A stretch of 64,000 nt of DNA from Eledone cirrhosa (Eukaryota), in NCBI GenBank assembly GCA_964016885.1, contig OZ024745.1, forward strand, positions 23,746,001 to 23,810,000, written 5' to 3'. The notes below the pieces were generated by a model. The model made no database searches, was not told where the DNA came from, and saw nothing but the letters and a program-made list of their open reading frames with translations. Both the position numbers and the translations under genes were made by a program. Below, one piece after another: positions 1 to 14,006 of the stretch. Numbering within the stretch: the stretch's first letter is position 1; every line of letters begins with the position of its first letter.

Positions 1-372
1 GGAGAGGCGTGTGAGAGGGGGTGGAGTGATGTCTGTAAAGACCAGAAATAAGAGAGAGAGAGAGGAAGAGAGAAAGGGAGAGTGAGAGAGAAAGTGACGG
101 AGAGGGTGAGAGGGGTGAGAGAGAGGGAGAGGGTGAGTAAGGGAGGTGAGTAAGAGAGAGGGAGAGGTGTGTGAGAGGGGGTGGAGTGACGTCTGTAAAG
201 ACCAGAAATAAGAGAGAGAGAGAGGAAGAGAGAAATGGAGAGTGAGAGAGAAAGTGACGGAGAGGGTGAGAGGGGTGAGAGAGAGGGAGAGGGTGAGTAA
301 GGGAGGTGAGTAAGAGAGAGGGAGAGGCGTGTGAGAGTGGGTGGAGTGACGTCTGTAAAGACCAGAAATAAG
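1..372. repeat. 160-bp purine-rich tandem repeat (~2.3 copies, cut by window start)
   Basis: ggagagg(c/t)gtgtgagag...gtctgtaaagaccagaaataag recurs at 1, 161 and 321. Confidence 0.9.
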
Positions 373-494
373 AACGCCAACTGAAACGAGCGACACCTTT
401 GTTCCCCTTCTTTGATGTAATGTGACCTTAGTTGCAAGTTGGAGGTCGGCTTGGCGGGAACTGGGCCTTTTGTCAACTGGTTATGGCTGTTTGT

Positions 495-1445
495 TGTGGC
501 GGTGTCAGTAGTTGTGGTGGTGGTGCTGGTGGTGGTGTTGATGGTGGTGGTGGTAGCAGTGGTGGTGGTGGTGGTAGTGGTGGTGGTGGTGCTGGTGGTG
601 GTGTTGATGGTGGTGGTGGTAGCAGTGGTGGTGGTGGTGGTAGTGGTGGTGGTGGTGGTGTGGTGGTGGTGTGGTGGTGGTGGTAGTGGTGGTGGTGGTA
701 GTGATGGTGGTGGTGGTGGTGGTGTTGGTTGTGGTGGTGGTGGTGATGGTGGTGTTAGTAGTGGTGGTGGTGGTGGTGGTGGTGGTAGTAGCGGTGGTGG
801 TGTGGTGGTGGTGTGGTGGTAGTGGTAGTGGTGGTGGTGGTGGTGTTGGTTGTGGTGGTGGTGGTGGTGTGGTGGTGGTGTGGTGGTGGTGGTGGTGTGG
901 TGGTGGTGGTGTGGTGATGGTAGTGGTGGTGTGGTGGTGGTAGTGGTAGTAGCGGTGGTGGTGTGGTGGTGTTAGTAGTGGTGGTGGTGGTGGTGGTGGT
1001 GGTAGTAGCGGTGGTGGTGTGGTGGTGGTGTGGTGGTAGTGGTAGTGGTGGTGGTGGTGGTGTTGGTTGTGGTGGTGGTGGTGGTGTGGTGGTGGTGTGG
1101 TGGTGGTGGTGGTGTGGTGGTGGTGGTGTGGTGGTGGTGTGGTGGTGGTGGTAGTGGTGGTGGTGGTAGTGATGGTGGTGGTGGTGGTGGTGTTGGTTGT
1201 GGTGGTGGTGGTGATGGTGGTGTTAGTAGTGGTGGTGGTGGTGGTGGTGGTGGTAGTAGCGGTGGTGGTGTGGTGGTGGTGTGGTGGTAGTGGTAGTGGT
1301 GGTGGTGGTGGTGTTGGTTGTGGTGGTGGTGGTGGTGTGGTGGTGGTGTGGTGGTGGTGGTGGTGTGGTGGTGGTGGTGTGGTGATGGTAGTGGTGGTGT
1401 GGTGGTGGTAGTGGTGAGTATAATAGTGATGGTGGTGGTGGTGAT
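495..1445. repeat. (GGT)n-based compound microsatellite
   Basis: Continuous ggt/agt/gtt triplets with internally duplicated blocks. Confidence 0.95.
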
Positions 1446-1577
1446 ATATGATAACTGTATTGGCAGTAGAAGCTTTGTTGTTATTGATGGTGGTGATGGT
1501 GGTGGTTGTCAGAATGGTGAAGATGATGATGGCTGCAATGCTGGCTATAGAAGGGATTTGTGGCAATGGCTCTTATA

Positions 1578-2206
<629 letters not shown>

Positions 2207-2220
2207 ATCCCCAAAAATAG

Positions 2221-2329
2221 GTTAAATAGCCTCACCAACCCACAATTGGTCAAGTGTGGTAAGGACGGCTACATCCCTGAAGACATGACCAAACTGAAAT
2301 CTGTGGAGGTGTTCGTCCTACAGGAATGA
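2221..2329 (+). CDS. Candidate terminal coding exon, weakly resembling a TLDc-domain C-terminus
   Basis: AG at 2219-2220, then unique open frame LNSLTNPQLVKCGKDGYIPEDMTKLKSVEVFVLQE*; N-P-x-L...VEV(F/W)-x-L ending recalls TLDc; no polypyrimidine tract and no partner exon confirmed. Confidence 0.25.
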
Positions 2330-2439
2330 GAAGACCCTGGATTGGAATAGAATTGTTTTAATGGTGGTCCTTAACAAATAATTCTTTCGGTAATACTGTT
2401 GATGGGTAACCTTTAGAATCTGAAAAGACATATTTAGCT

Positions 2440-2620
2440 AGTTGGCAGTATCGGTAGGGGGTCGGACGCCTTTCTTTGACGCATAGAGTTACGGCCCTTG
2501 CCATTCTGAGTTCGAATCCAGCCGAGGTTAACTTTGCCTTTCATCCTTACGGAGTCGATAAAATAAAGTACCAGTAATGTACTGGGTATTTGCTGGCCTT
2601 GTGCCAATAGTAGAAACAAT
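2440..2620 (+). mobile_element. tRNA-derived SINE (octopus-type, conserved central domain)
   Basis: A-box-like tggcagtatcggt, B-box gagttcgaatcc, core gcctttcatccttacggagtcgataaaataaagtaccag, tail tgctggccttgtgccaatagtagaaac; several copies in window. Confidence 0.85.
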
Positions 2621-3666
2621 TATTTGAGATTATGGGACCCGTATAATTTATTGCAAGCAAATATACATGAAAAAGCTTGCCCAATGAGACTCTTTGATTT
2701 AAATCTTATCTGAAATTGCTTCAATTGTATTTTGATACATGATTGCATATTTGATCAATTGGCTATATTCAGAGTGGCTAAGAGCCACGACAGATCTCCA
2801 GTTTGTTGGCTACAAGATGATGGTATGTATGGACACGTAATTTAAGATTGAGTCGTAGGGTCACCGTTATGACAAACATCTTACCAACTTTCCAGTTCTG
2901 ACTCTTTACTTTCCAAGTTCTACTTTACATTTTATCTTTCTGGGCCCGATAAAATAAAGTACCACTTACCAGTCAAATACTGAGGTTACCATTCCCTGAA
3001 ATTTGCTGGCTTTGTGTATAAATTAGAAAAGCCATATTAATTCTGATATCTGCTATACATAAATATGTTATGTCAACTATAGTTTATAAAGAGAAGTTAT
3101 ACAATGGGGGAGATATTAAAGACAGAAAAAAAGTAAATTAAGTAAGAAAAAACTCGGGGGAAAGGGTAATGAAGGGCAAATCTGGCTGTATAGGAAAGTA
3201 AAGGAAAGGAGTATAAATGCCATAGAAAAGGAGGGAAGAGCAAAGCGATTTGTATTTTATTTGTTGGTAATTTTTGCTATGTAGATGTCGCCACTTTGTA
3301 ATCATAAAAGTCCCTAGTTCGACTGCATTACATGGCGAAATTGGGTAGAACTGTACTTGTCATACACTAAGACAGACTAGTGCTAGGCAGATAAAAAGGC
3401 AGACCTTGAGAGAAATAGAGAGGGGTGAGAGAGTGAGAAGGGGTGCTGAGTGAGGGATAAAGGGGTAAGGAGAGAGTGTGAGACAAACAGACAGCTTGAT
3501 AGTCATTCAGAATACTATTATACCAGAGATAGATATACACCGTAAAAAACACCTGTGTCATCTCCTTTTTAGTCATACATCAACAACATTTGCAAGCGCT
3601 ATTCCACGCCCTTATGAGAAGAGCCTTTATCAGGCGTTCACATGCACTAGATACATGCATATATAT

Positions 3667-3732
<66 letters not shown>

Positions 3733-3738
<6 letters not shown>

Positions 3739-3958
3739 GTGAGGTTTTTTTGGGGGTTTTTTTTTTTACAAAATGAAAAATAACCGAGGTGTCCTACACG
3801 AGTGAAAGTATAAAGAAAAAAAGATGAAATCGAAAATGCAACTGGAGTCTTATTTAAAAAAAAATATATATATATTTATTTGGTTCCTTTACCGGTTTCG
3901 CAGTTCTTCTGCTTTTCAAAAGTAGAGTTGAGATGGAGGGTCTGTGGTTTTTCTCACA
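3733..3958 (-). mobile_element. PLE-derived HHR module, family D (UUGAAAA core), between (TA)n tracts
   Basis: Near-identical to 18981-19190, 19399-19610, 61370-61578; partial copies at 23975-24123 and 48960-49075; HHR motif at 3887-3922. Confidence 0.75.
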
Positions 3959-4125
3959 TATATATATATATATATTGTTATACTTTGGGAGGGTCATGTT
4001 GCCAATAAGAAACACACGCACCAATTACTTTCACTTCAATTTATTATAATAAATTTATAAATTTAGGAATTTATAAATTTCCGGTTGGTTGGTTGGTTCC
4101 ACAACCAGATGGTTGTTTATATATT

Positions 4126-4168
4126 GTCAAAGTTCTTTCGTCACACATTCTGTGACCTCTTCAGTGAC
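4126..4168 (-). ncRNA. Type I hammerhead ribozyme motif
   Basis: Reverse-complement copy of 4750-4792. Confidence 0.75.
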
Positions 4169-4749
4169 TGGGGATTCTTTTCTTTGTTTTTGTGCTTCTC
4201 CTTTGTTCTGTCCTACGCCATCTTGTTTCTGTGTGTGTGTTGTGTGCTCAGTCTGCGCATGCGCCACATCCGGGTGTCTGTGTGTGTTTATATTCGTTTA
4301 TTTATTTGTTTATTTACATGTTACTGGTTGGTTGTTTGTTCTATGTGCGTGTGTGTTTTCATTTTGTCCTTAATTGTAAGTTGTGATGTTGCTGTTCCAC
4401 TCATGTTTTCTATTTAATTTTGGTTGTAATTCTTTTATGTATTCTTTTATGTAACATAAATTCTTTTATGTATTCTTTTATGTAACATAAAAGAATTACA
4501 ACCAAAATTAAATAGAAAACATGAGTGGAACAGCAACATCACAATTAAGGACAAAATGAAAACACACACGCACATAGAACAAACAACCAACCAGTAACAT
4601 GTAAATAAACAAATAAATAAACGAATATAAACACACACAGACACCCGGATGTGGCGCATGCGCAGACTGAGCACACAACACACACACATAAATAAGATGG
4701 CGTAGGACAGAACAAAGGAGAGGCACAAAAACAAAGAAAAGAATCCCCA

Positions 4750-4792
4750 GTCACTGAAGAGGTCACAGAATGTGTGACGAAAGAACTTTGAC
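4750..4792 (+). ncRNA. Type I hammerhead ribozyme motif
   Basis: guca-CUGAAGA-G-GUCACA-gaaug-UGUGAC-GAAA-gaac-UU-ugac; stem I guca/ugac, 6-bp stem II. Confidence 0.75.
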
Positions 4793-5000
4793 AATATATA
4801 AACAACCATCTAGTTGTGAAACCAACCAACCAACCGGAAATTTATAAATTCCTAAATTTATAAATTTATTATAATAAATTGAAGTGAAAGCAACTGGTGC
4901 GTGTGTTTCTTATTGGCAACATGACCCTCCCAAAGTATAACAATATCGGTTTCAACACACGATTTCAGATAAAGAATCTTGCTAGATAAATTCAGAAACG

Positions 5001-5041
<41 letters not shown>

Positions 5042-5183
5042 TTGGTGCTCGGAAATAGCGATATATATATGAATGTATATACAGTGTATTTTGCAATACA
5101 CTGTATGCTTAATTAAAAGCATTTTGAAAACCTTACGCTATTGTTTTAAAGTAGTGACTATATCACTTACTTCTTTTTTCAGC

Positions 5184-5229
5184 AAGCGCTGAGGAGTACC
5201 AACAATACGAAACAAAGATCTGTAAGCTT
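5184..5229 (+). ncRNA. Type I hammerhead ribozyme motif at the centre of an inverted repeat
   Basis: aagcg-CUGAGGA-GUA-ccaacaa-UAC-GAAA-CA-aagauc-UG-UA-agcuu; canonical core, GUA site. Confidence 0.75.
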
Positions 5230-5355
5230 ATCTCCCTTTGTTTGCTGAAAAAAGAAGTGACATAGTCACTACTTTAAAACGTTGCGTAAGGTCTTCAAAA
5301 TGCTTTTAATTAAGCATACAGTGTATTACAAAATACACTATATATATATACATTC

Positions 5356-5525
<170 letters not shown>

Positions 5526-5658
5526 GAATGTATATATATATAGTGTATTTTGTAATACACTGTATGCTTAATTAAAAGCATTTTGAAGACCTTACGCAAC
5601 GTTTGTGTGTATGTATACATGCATGCACACCTTTATATATATATATATATATATATAC

Positions 5659-6575
5659 AAGTTACACAATAATCAAGGCTATGTTCAAATCATTTTATTG
5701 CTGACAATCGTTTCTTCCAAACTATCGTTTGGAATCATCGGAGCATTAGCAATGTTTGTATATATAATTAACCTCCTATTCAACTGAACAATGATATAGA
5801 TACATGGATATTAATGTTGTCAACAACAGTTTCGTATTTGCAGAGTGGAATGGATGCGACATTGATTTCAAGAGAATTGCACAATAATTAAAATAAAAAA
5901 TTAAAAGTTAAAAGGCGCAGAGTTGAATGCATGCGACAGAGATTAAACCGTTAGAGGAACCACTCAACAAAAACTCGAACCTCGGATAACAATATATTAG
6001 GACGGCATACAGTCCATGGCTGTGACTGATTAAAAACATTCACTAAAATAAAACATAGCCAATATAATGGAAAAGATAGCAATAACATTGATACTCTCAG
6101 CACATATACATTTGAACATTACAGAAACAATTATCACACTAAATCACCCATAAACTAATAATTTTAATACAAAAACAGCTTTGCCTGCTTGTAAACATAT
6201 GTTGTTTTATGTAATACCTTTGCCTCGCAGAAATTATATATTCCTAGTACCATTGCTTTTTTCCTTCCTGTATATGCCTATTAATATCCATGTATCTATA
6301 TGATTGTTCAGTTGAATAGGAGGTTAATTATATGTACAAACATTGCTAATGTTCCGATGATTCCAAGAGATAGTTTGGAAGAAACGATTGTCAGCAATAA
6401 AATGATTTGATCATAGCTTTGATTATTGTGTAACTTATATTCCGGCTCTGAGAAACATCTCATGTATTTAAATTGGGCTATTTTTCTTACTGATAATAAG
6501 GTAGTAATAAATTACTGACCTTTCATGTTTATAGTTTTATATAGTGTATACATAACTATAAATAATAATATTATT
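5659..6575 (+). mobile_element. Penelope-like element 3' fragment, family B, with inverted 5' pLTR piece
   Basis: Inverted arms 5659-5815 / 6282-6437; HHRs at 5699-5745 (-) and 6350-6396 (+); decayed GIY-YIG-like tail (LNITETIITLNHP*..NTKTALPACKH) near 6110-6200. Confidence 0.75.
5699..5745 (-). ncRNA. Hammerhead ribozyme motif, U4C variant
   Basis: ugcu-CCGAUGA-UUCCAAAC-gaua-GUUUGGAA-GAAA-CGAUUG-UC-agca, followed by AAUAAA. Confidence 0.75.
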
Positions 6576-6630
6576 ATATTGCTGGCCTTGTGCCAAAAGT
6601 AGAAACAATTATTATATATATATATATATG

Positions 6631-6739
<109 letters not shown>

Positions 6740-6754
6740 ATACATATACATGTG

Positions 6755-6864
<110 letters not shown>

Positions 6865-7060
6865 CATACATACATACATATACACGTGTATGTACATATG
6901 TATATATATATATTTATATATTTATATATATATATATACATACATACATATACACGTGTATATGTGTTTGAGCAAAGCCCCAAAATAAAGGAATAAAAAA
7001 AAATAGATGCGGCATAATAGCAGAGGAGAAAATCTATCAACATCAACAGCGAGAACTAAA

Positions 7061-7098
7061 ACACCACCACCACCACCACCACCACCACCACCACCACC

Positions 7099-7130
<32 letters not shown>

Positions 7131-10100
7131 CAACAACAACGAGAACTAAAACAACACCAACAACGACAATACCAACAACACCAACAACAGCAACACCATC
7201 AACAACACCAACAACAACAACACCAATAACAACACCACCAACAACACCAACACCAACAACACCAACACCACCAACAACACCAATAACAACACCAACAACA
7301 CCAACAACACCAACAACACCAACAACACCAACAACACCAAACAACACCAATACCACTAACACCACCAACAACACCAACAACACCAACTATAACAACACCA
7401 ACCACACCAACAACACCAACAACACTACTACCAAGAACAAAAAGAACACCAACAACACCAACACCACCAACACCACCAACAACACTAACAACACCACCAA
7501 CAACACCACCAACAACAACAACACCAACACCACCAACACCAACACCACCAACACCAACAACAACACCAACAACAACAACACCACCACCACCAACACCAAC
7601 ACCACCAACACCAACAACACCAACACCAACACCACCAACACCAACAACAACACCAACACCAACACCACCAACACCAACAACAACACCAACAACAACAACA
7701 CCACCACCACCAACACCAACACCACCAACACCAACACCACCAACACCAACACCACCAACACCAACAACAACACCAACAACAACAACACCAACACCACCAA
7801 CACCAACACCACCAACACCAACAACACCACCAACAACAACAACACCAACACCACCAACACCAACACCACCAACACCACCAACAACACTAACAACACCACC
7901 AACAACACCACCAACAATAACAACACCAACACCATCAACACCAACACCACCAACACCACCAACACCACCAACAACACCAACAACAACAACACCAACAACA
8001 CCAACAACACAAACACCACCAACACCACCAACAACACCAACAACAACAACACCAACAACACCACCAACACCACCAACACCATCAACAACACAAACAATAA
8101 CAACACCAACAACACCAACAACAACAACACCACCAATAAAAACAACACCAACAACACCAACAACACAAACAACACCAACACCACCAACAACACCACCAAC
8201 AACACCACCACCACCAACACCACCAACACTAACACCACCAACACAAACACCACCAACACCGCCAACACCACCAACACCACCAACACCAACAACACCACCA
8301 ACAACACCAACAACACCACCAACAACACCAACACCACCAACAACACCAACACCACCAACACCAACACCACCAACACCACCAACACCACCAACACCAACAA
8401 CACCACCAACAACACCAACAATACCAACACCACCAACACCAACAACACCAACAACAGCACCAACACCAACAACACCACCAACAACACCAACAACACCAAC
8501 ACCACCAACAACAACACCAACAACACCAACACCACCACCACCAACACCACCAACACCAACAATACCAACACCACCAACACCAACAACACCAACAACAGCA
8601 CCAACACCAACAACACGACCAACAACTCCAACACCACCAACTACAACACCAACAACACCAACAACACCAACACCACCACCACCAACACCACCAACACCAA
8701 CAATACCAACACCACCAACACCAACAACACCAACAACAGCACCAACACCAACAACACCACCAACAACACCAACACCACCAACTACAACACCAACACCACC
8801 AACACCACCACCACCACCAACACCACCAACACCACCAACAGCACCAACACCAACAACACCAACAACACCAACACCACCAACAACAACACCAACAACACCA
8901 ACACCACCACCACCAACACCACCAACACCAACAATACCAACACCACCACCACCACCACCACCACCACCAACACCACCAACACCAACACCAACAACACCAC
9001 CAACAAGACCAACACCACCAACACCACCACCACCAACACCACCAACACCACCAACACCAACAACAACAACACCACCAACAACACCAACAACACCAACTAT
9101 AACAACACCAACCACACCAACAACACCAACAACACTACTACCAAGAACAAAAAGAACACCAACAACACCAACAACAACAACACCAACACCACCAACACCA
9201 CCAACAACACTAACAACACCACCAACAACACCACCAACAACAACAACACCAACACCACCAACACCAACACCACCAACACCAACAACAACACCAACAACAA
9301 CAACACCACCACCAACAACAACACCAACAACACCAACAACACAAACACCACCAACACCACCAACAACACCAACAACAACAACACCAACAACACCACCAAC
9401 ACCACCAATACCATCAACAACACAAACAATAACAACACCAACAACACCAACAACAACAACACCACCAATAAAAACAACACCAACAACACCAACAACACAA
9501 ACAACACCAACACCACCAACACCACCAACAACACCACCAACAACACTAACAATACCAACACCAACAACACCACCAACAACACCAACACCACCAACAACAA
9601 CACCAACAACACCACCACCACCAACACTACCAACACTAACACCACCAACACAAACACCACCAACACCGCCAACACCACCAACACCACCAACACCAACAAC
9701 ACCACCAACGACACCAACAACACCACCAACAACACCAACACCACCAACACCACCAACACCACCAACACCAACACCACCAACACCACCAACACCACCAACA
9801 CCAACAACACCACCAACAACACCAACAATACCAACACCACCAACACCAACAACACCAACAACAGCACCAACACCAACAACACCACCAACAGCACCAACAC
9901 CAACAACACCAACAACACCAACACCACCAACAACAACACCAACAACACCAACACCACCACCACCAACACCACCAACACCAACAATACCAACACCACCAAC
10001 ACCAACAACACCAACAACAGCACCAACACCAACAACACCACCAACAACACCAACACCACCAACTACAACACCAACAACACCAACACCACCAACACCAACA

Positions 10101-12703
10101 ACACCACCAACAACACCAACACCACCAACACCACCACCACCACCAACACCACCAACACCACCAACACCAACAACAACAACACCACCAACAACACCAACAC
10201 CACCAACAACAACACCAACACCACCAACACCACCACCACCACCACCACCACCAACACCACCAACACCAACACCAACAACACCACCAACAACACCAACACC
10301 ACCAACACCACCACCACCACCAACACCACCAACACCACCAACACCAACAACAACAACACCACCAACAACACCAACACCACCAACAACAACACCAACAACA
10401 CCAACACCACCAACACCACCACCACCAACACCACCAACACCAACAACACCACCAACAACACCAATACCACCACACCACCACCACCACCAACACCACCAAC
10501 ACCAACACCACCACCACCAACACCACCAACACCAACAACACCACCACCAACACCACCAACACCAACAACACCACCACCAACACCACCAACACCAACAACA
10601 CCACCACCAACACCACCAACACCAACAACACCACCAACAACACCACCAACAACACCAACAACACCACCACCAACACCACCAACACCAACAACACCACCAC
10701 CACCAACACCAACACCACCAACACCACCACCACCAACACCACCAACACCAACAACACCACCAACAACACCACCAACACCACCACCACCAACACCACCAAC
10801 ACCAACAACACCACCAACAACACCACCAACAACACCACCACCAACACCACCAACACCAACAACACCACCACCAACACCACCAACACGAACAACACCACCA
10901 ACAACACCACCAACAACACCACCACCAACACCACCAACACCAACAACACCACCACCAACACCACCAACACCAACAACACCACCACCAACACCACCAACAC
11001 CAACAACACCACCAACAACACCACCAACAACACCACCAACAACACCAACAACACCACCACCAACACCACCAACACCAACAACACCACCACCACCAACACC
11101 AACACCACCAACACCACCACCACCAACACCACCAACACCAACAACACCACCAACAACACCACCAACACCACCACCACCAACACCACCAACACCAACAACA
11201 CCACCAACAACACCACCAACAACACCACCACCAACACCACCAACACCAACAACACCACCACCAACACCACCAACACGAACAACACCACCAACAACACCAC
11301 CAACAACACCACCACCAACACCACCAACACCAACAACACCACCACCAACACCACCAACACCAACAACACCACCACCAACACCACCAACAACACCAACACC
11401 AACAACACCACCAACAACACCACCAACACCACCACCACCAACACCACCAACACCAACAACACCACCAACAACACCACCAACAACACCACCACCAACACCA
11501 CCAACACCAACAACACCACCACCAACACCACCAACACCAACAACACCACCACCAACACCACCAACAACACCAACACCAACAACACCACCAACAACACCAC
11601 CAACACCACCACCACCAACACCACCAACACCAACAACACCACCACCAACACCACCAACACCAACAACACCACCACCAACACCACCAACACCAACAACACC
11701 ACCAACAACACCACCAACAACACCACCAACAACACCAACAACACCACCACCAACACCACCAACACCAACAACACCACCACCACCAACACCAACACCACCA
11801 ACACCACCACCACCAACACCACCAACACCAACAACACCACCAACAACACCACCAACACCACCACCACCAACACCACCAACACCAACAACACCACCAACAA
11901 CACCACCAACAACACCACCACCAACACCACCAACACCAACAACACCACCACCAACACCACCAACACGAACAACACCACCAACAACACCACCAACAACACC
12001 ACCACCAACACCACCAACACCAACAACACCACCACCAACACCACCAACACCAACAACACCACCACCAACACCACCAACACCAACAACACCACCAACAACA
12101 CCACCAACAACACCAACAACACCAACACCACTAACAACAACACCAACAACACCAACACCACCAACACCAACAACACCACCACCAACACCACCAACACCAA
12201 CAACACCACCACCAACACCACCAACACCACCAACACCAACAACACCACCACCAACACCACCAACACCAACAACACCACCACCAACACCACCAACACCACC
12301 AACACCAACAACACCACCACCAACACCAACAACACCACCACCAACACCACCAACACCACCAACACCAACAACACCACCACCAACACCACCAACACCACCA
12401 ACACCAACAACACCACCACCAACACCACCAACACCAACAACACCACCAACAACACCACCAACACCACCAACACCAACAACACCACCACCAACACCAACAA
12501 CACCACCACCAACACCACCAACACCACCAACACCAACAACACCACCACCAACACCACCAACACCACCAACACCAACAACACCACCACCAACACCACCAAC
12601 ACCAACACCACCACCACCAACACCACCAACACCAACAACACCACCAACAACACCACCAACAACACCACCAACAACACCACCAACAACACCAACAACAATA
12701 ACC
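7061..12703. repeat. ~5.6-kb (AAC/ACC)n cryptic trinucleotide satellite
   Basis: Almost only aac/acc triplets; block duplications (aactataac...aagaacaaaaagaac at ~7385 and ~9095; acacgaac at 10883, 11273, 11963). Confidence 0.95.
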
Positions 12704-13030
12704 AATGAGAACCGAGAAAAATAAAGCCACTAAAAAGACGCGTTGATGTCGACCAAGAATAAAAAAATCCCGCGTGAATTGTGAGAGAAAATGTGGATTG
12801 GTGTATGTAACATAAAACTCAGTATGTGTGTATAATTGTTTGTGTGTATAATTCTTTGTGTATATATGTGTGCGTGCACGCGTATGAGCGTGTGTGTGCA
12901 CGTGTTTCGTAAGAGTACGAATGATTACAAACACGGCCAACTCCTTTTATATATAAATGTATATATATACATATATATATATATTTATATTAACACATTT
13001 TATATCTGTGCGCATGTGTTCGTGAGATGC

Positions 13031-13082
<52 letters not shown>

Positions 13083-13112
13083 TTATATATGTGCACGTGT
13101 TTGTGAAATGTG

Positions 13113-13191
<79 letters not shown>

Positions 13192-13410
13192 GCACACATA
13201 CATGTATATTTGTGTTTTTTGTGCGCCTGTGTGTTTGTGTATGTGAGTGTGCATGTGTGTGTGTATGCACACACACACATACTTGTATGAGTGTACGAAT
13301 GATTATAAACGCGTCCGATGGCAGAATTACAGTATTGATTTTTTTTCTACATTCGAGAAAATTATAACAATAAAGGAGAATTTCCATAAACAAACATACA
13401 CACTCACCCA

Positions 13411-13539
<129 letters not shown>

Positions 13540-13787
13540 ATATACATATATGAGTGTGTGTGTATGAGTGCTATATACACAGACCTGCCAACATCTAACA
13601 ACCTAAACAGGGAGTACCATGAAAAGAATTGCGCCAAATCGGGGAGAAATGAGGCAAAATGGGGAGATTTTACACAATGAAAACTATAGCCATTTTCACA
13701 AGAGAAGGCATCTCTCAGCCACCCCAAAGGCTATTACAAATATCCCCTTCGGACGGGGGAACAGGTGACTGCTCTGTACACACCCAC

Positions 13788-13853
<66 letters not shown>

Positions 13854-13915
13854 ATCTATCTATCTATCTATATCTATCTATCTATCTATATATATATATT
13901 ATTTCACATCCTTTC

Positions 13916-13943
13916 TTCCGATGAAGGACTAACGTCCGAAACG

Positions 13944-13947
<4 letters not shown>
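13916..13947 (+). ncRNA. Minimal hammerhead motif, U4C variant, isolated between (TA)n tracts
   Basis: uu-CCGAUGA-A-GGAC-uaac-GUCC-GAAACGUU-aa; palindromic stem III AACGUU. Confidence 0.7.

Positions 13948-14004
<57 letters not shown>

Positions 14005-14006
<2 letters not shown>

Larger units (their letters stand above)
3974..5004. mobile_element. Fold-back (inverted dimer) Penelope-like pLTR, family A
   Basis: Arms ~3974-4445 and ~4480-4946 are near-perfect reverse complements, each with an HHR; flanked by (TA)n; homologous to the GIY-YIG-bearing copy at 14529-15430. Confidence 0.85.

Noticed and set aside
7007-12724. 1905-aa T/N/P-rich ORF as a mucin or adhesin gene
   Set aside because: AAC/ACC repeats cannot encode stops; long ORFs also run on the opposite strand; no signal peptide, domain or clear splice sites
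13611-13764. Plus-strand exon candidate with one open frame
   Set aside because: Weak acceptor context and unrecognisable peptide; cannot be supported without RNA data
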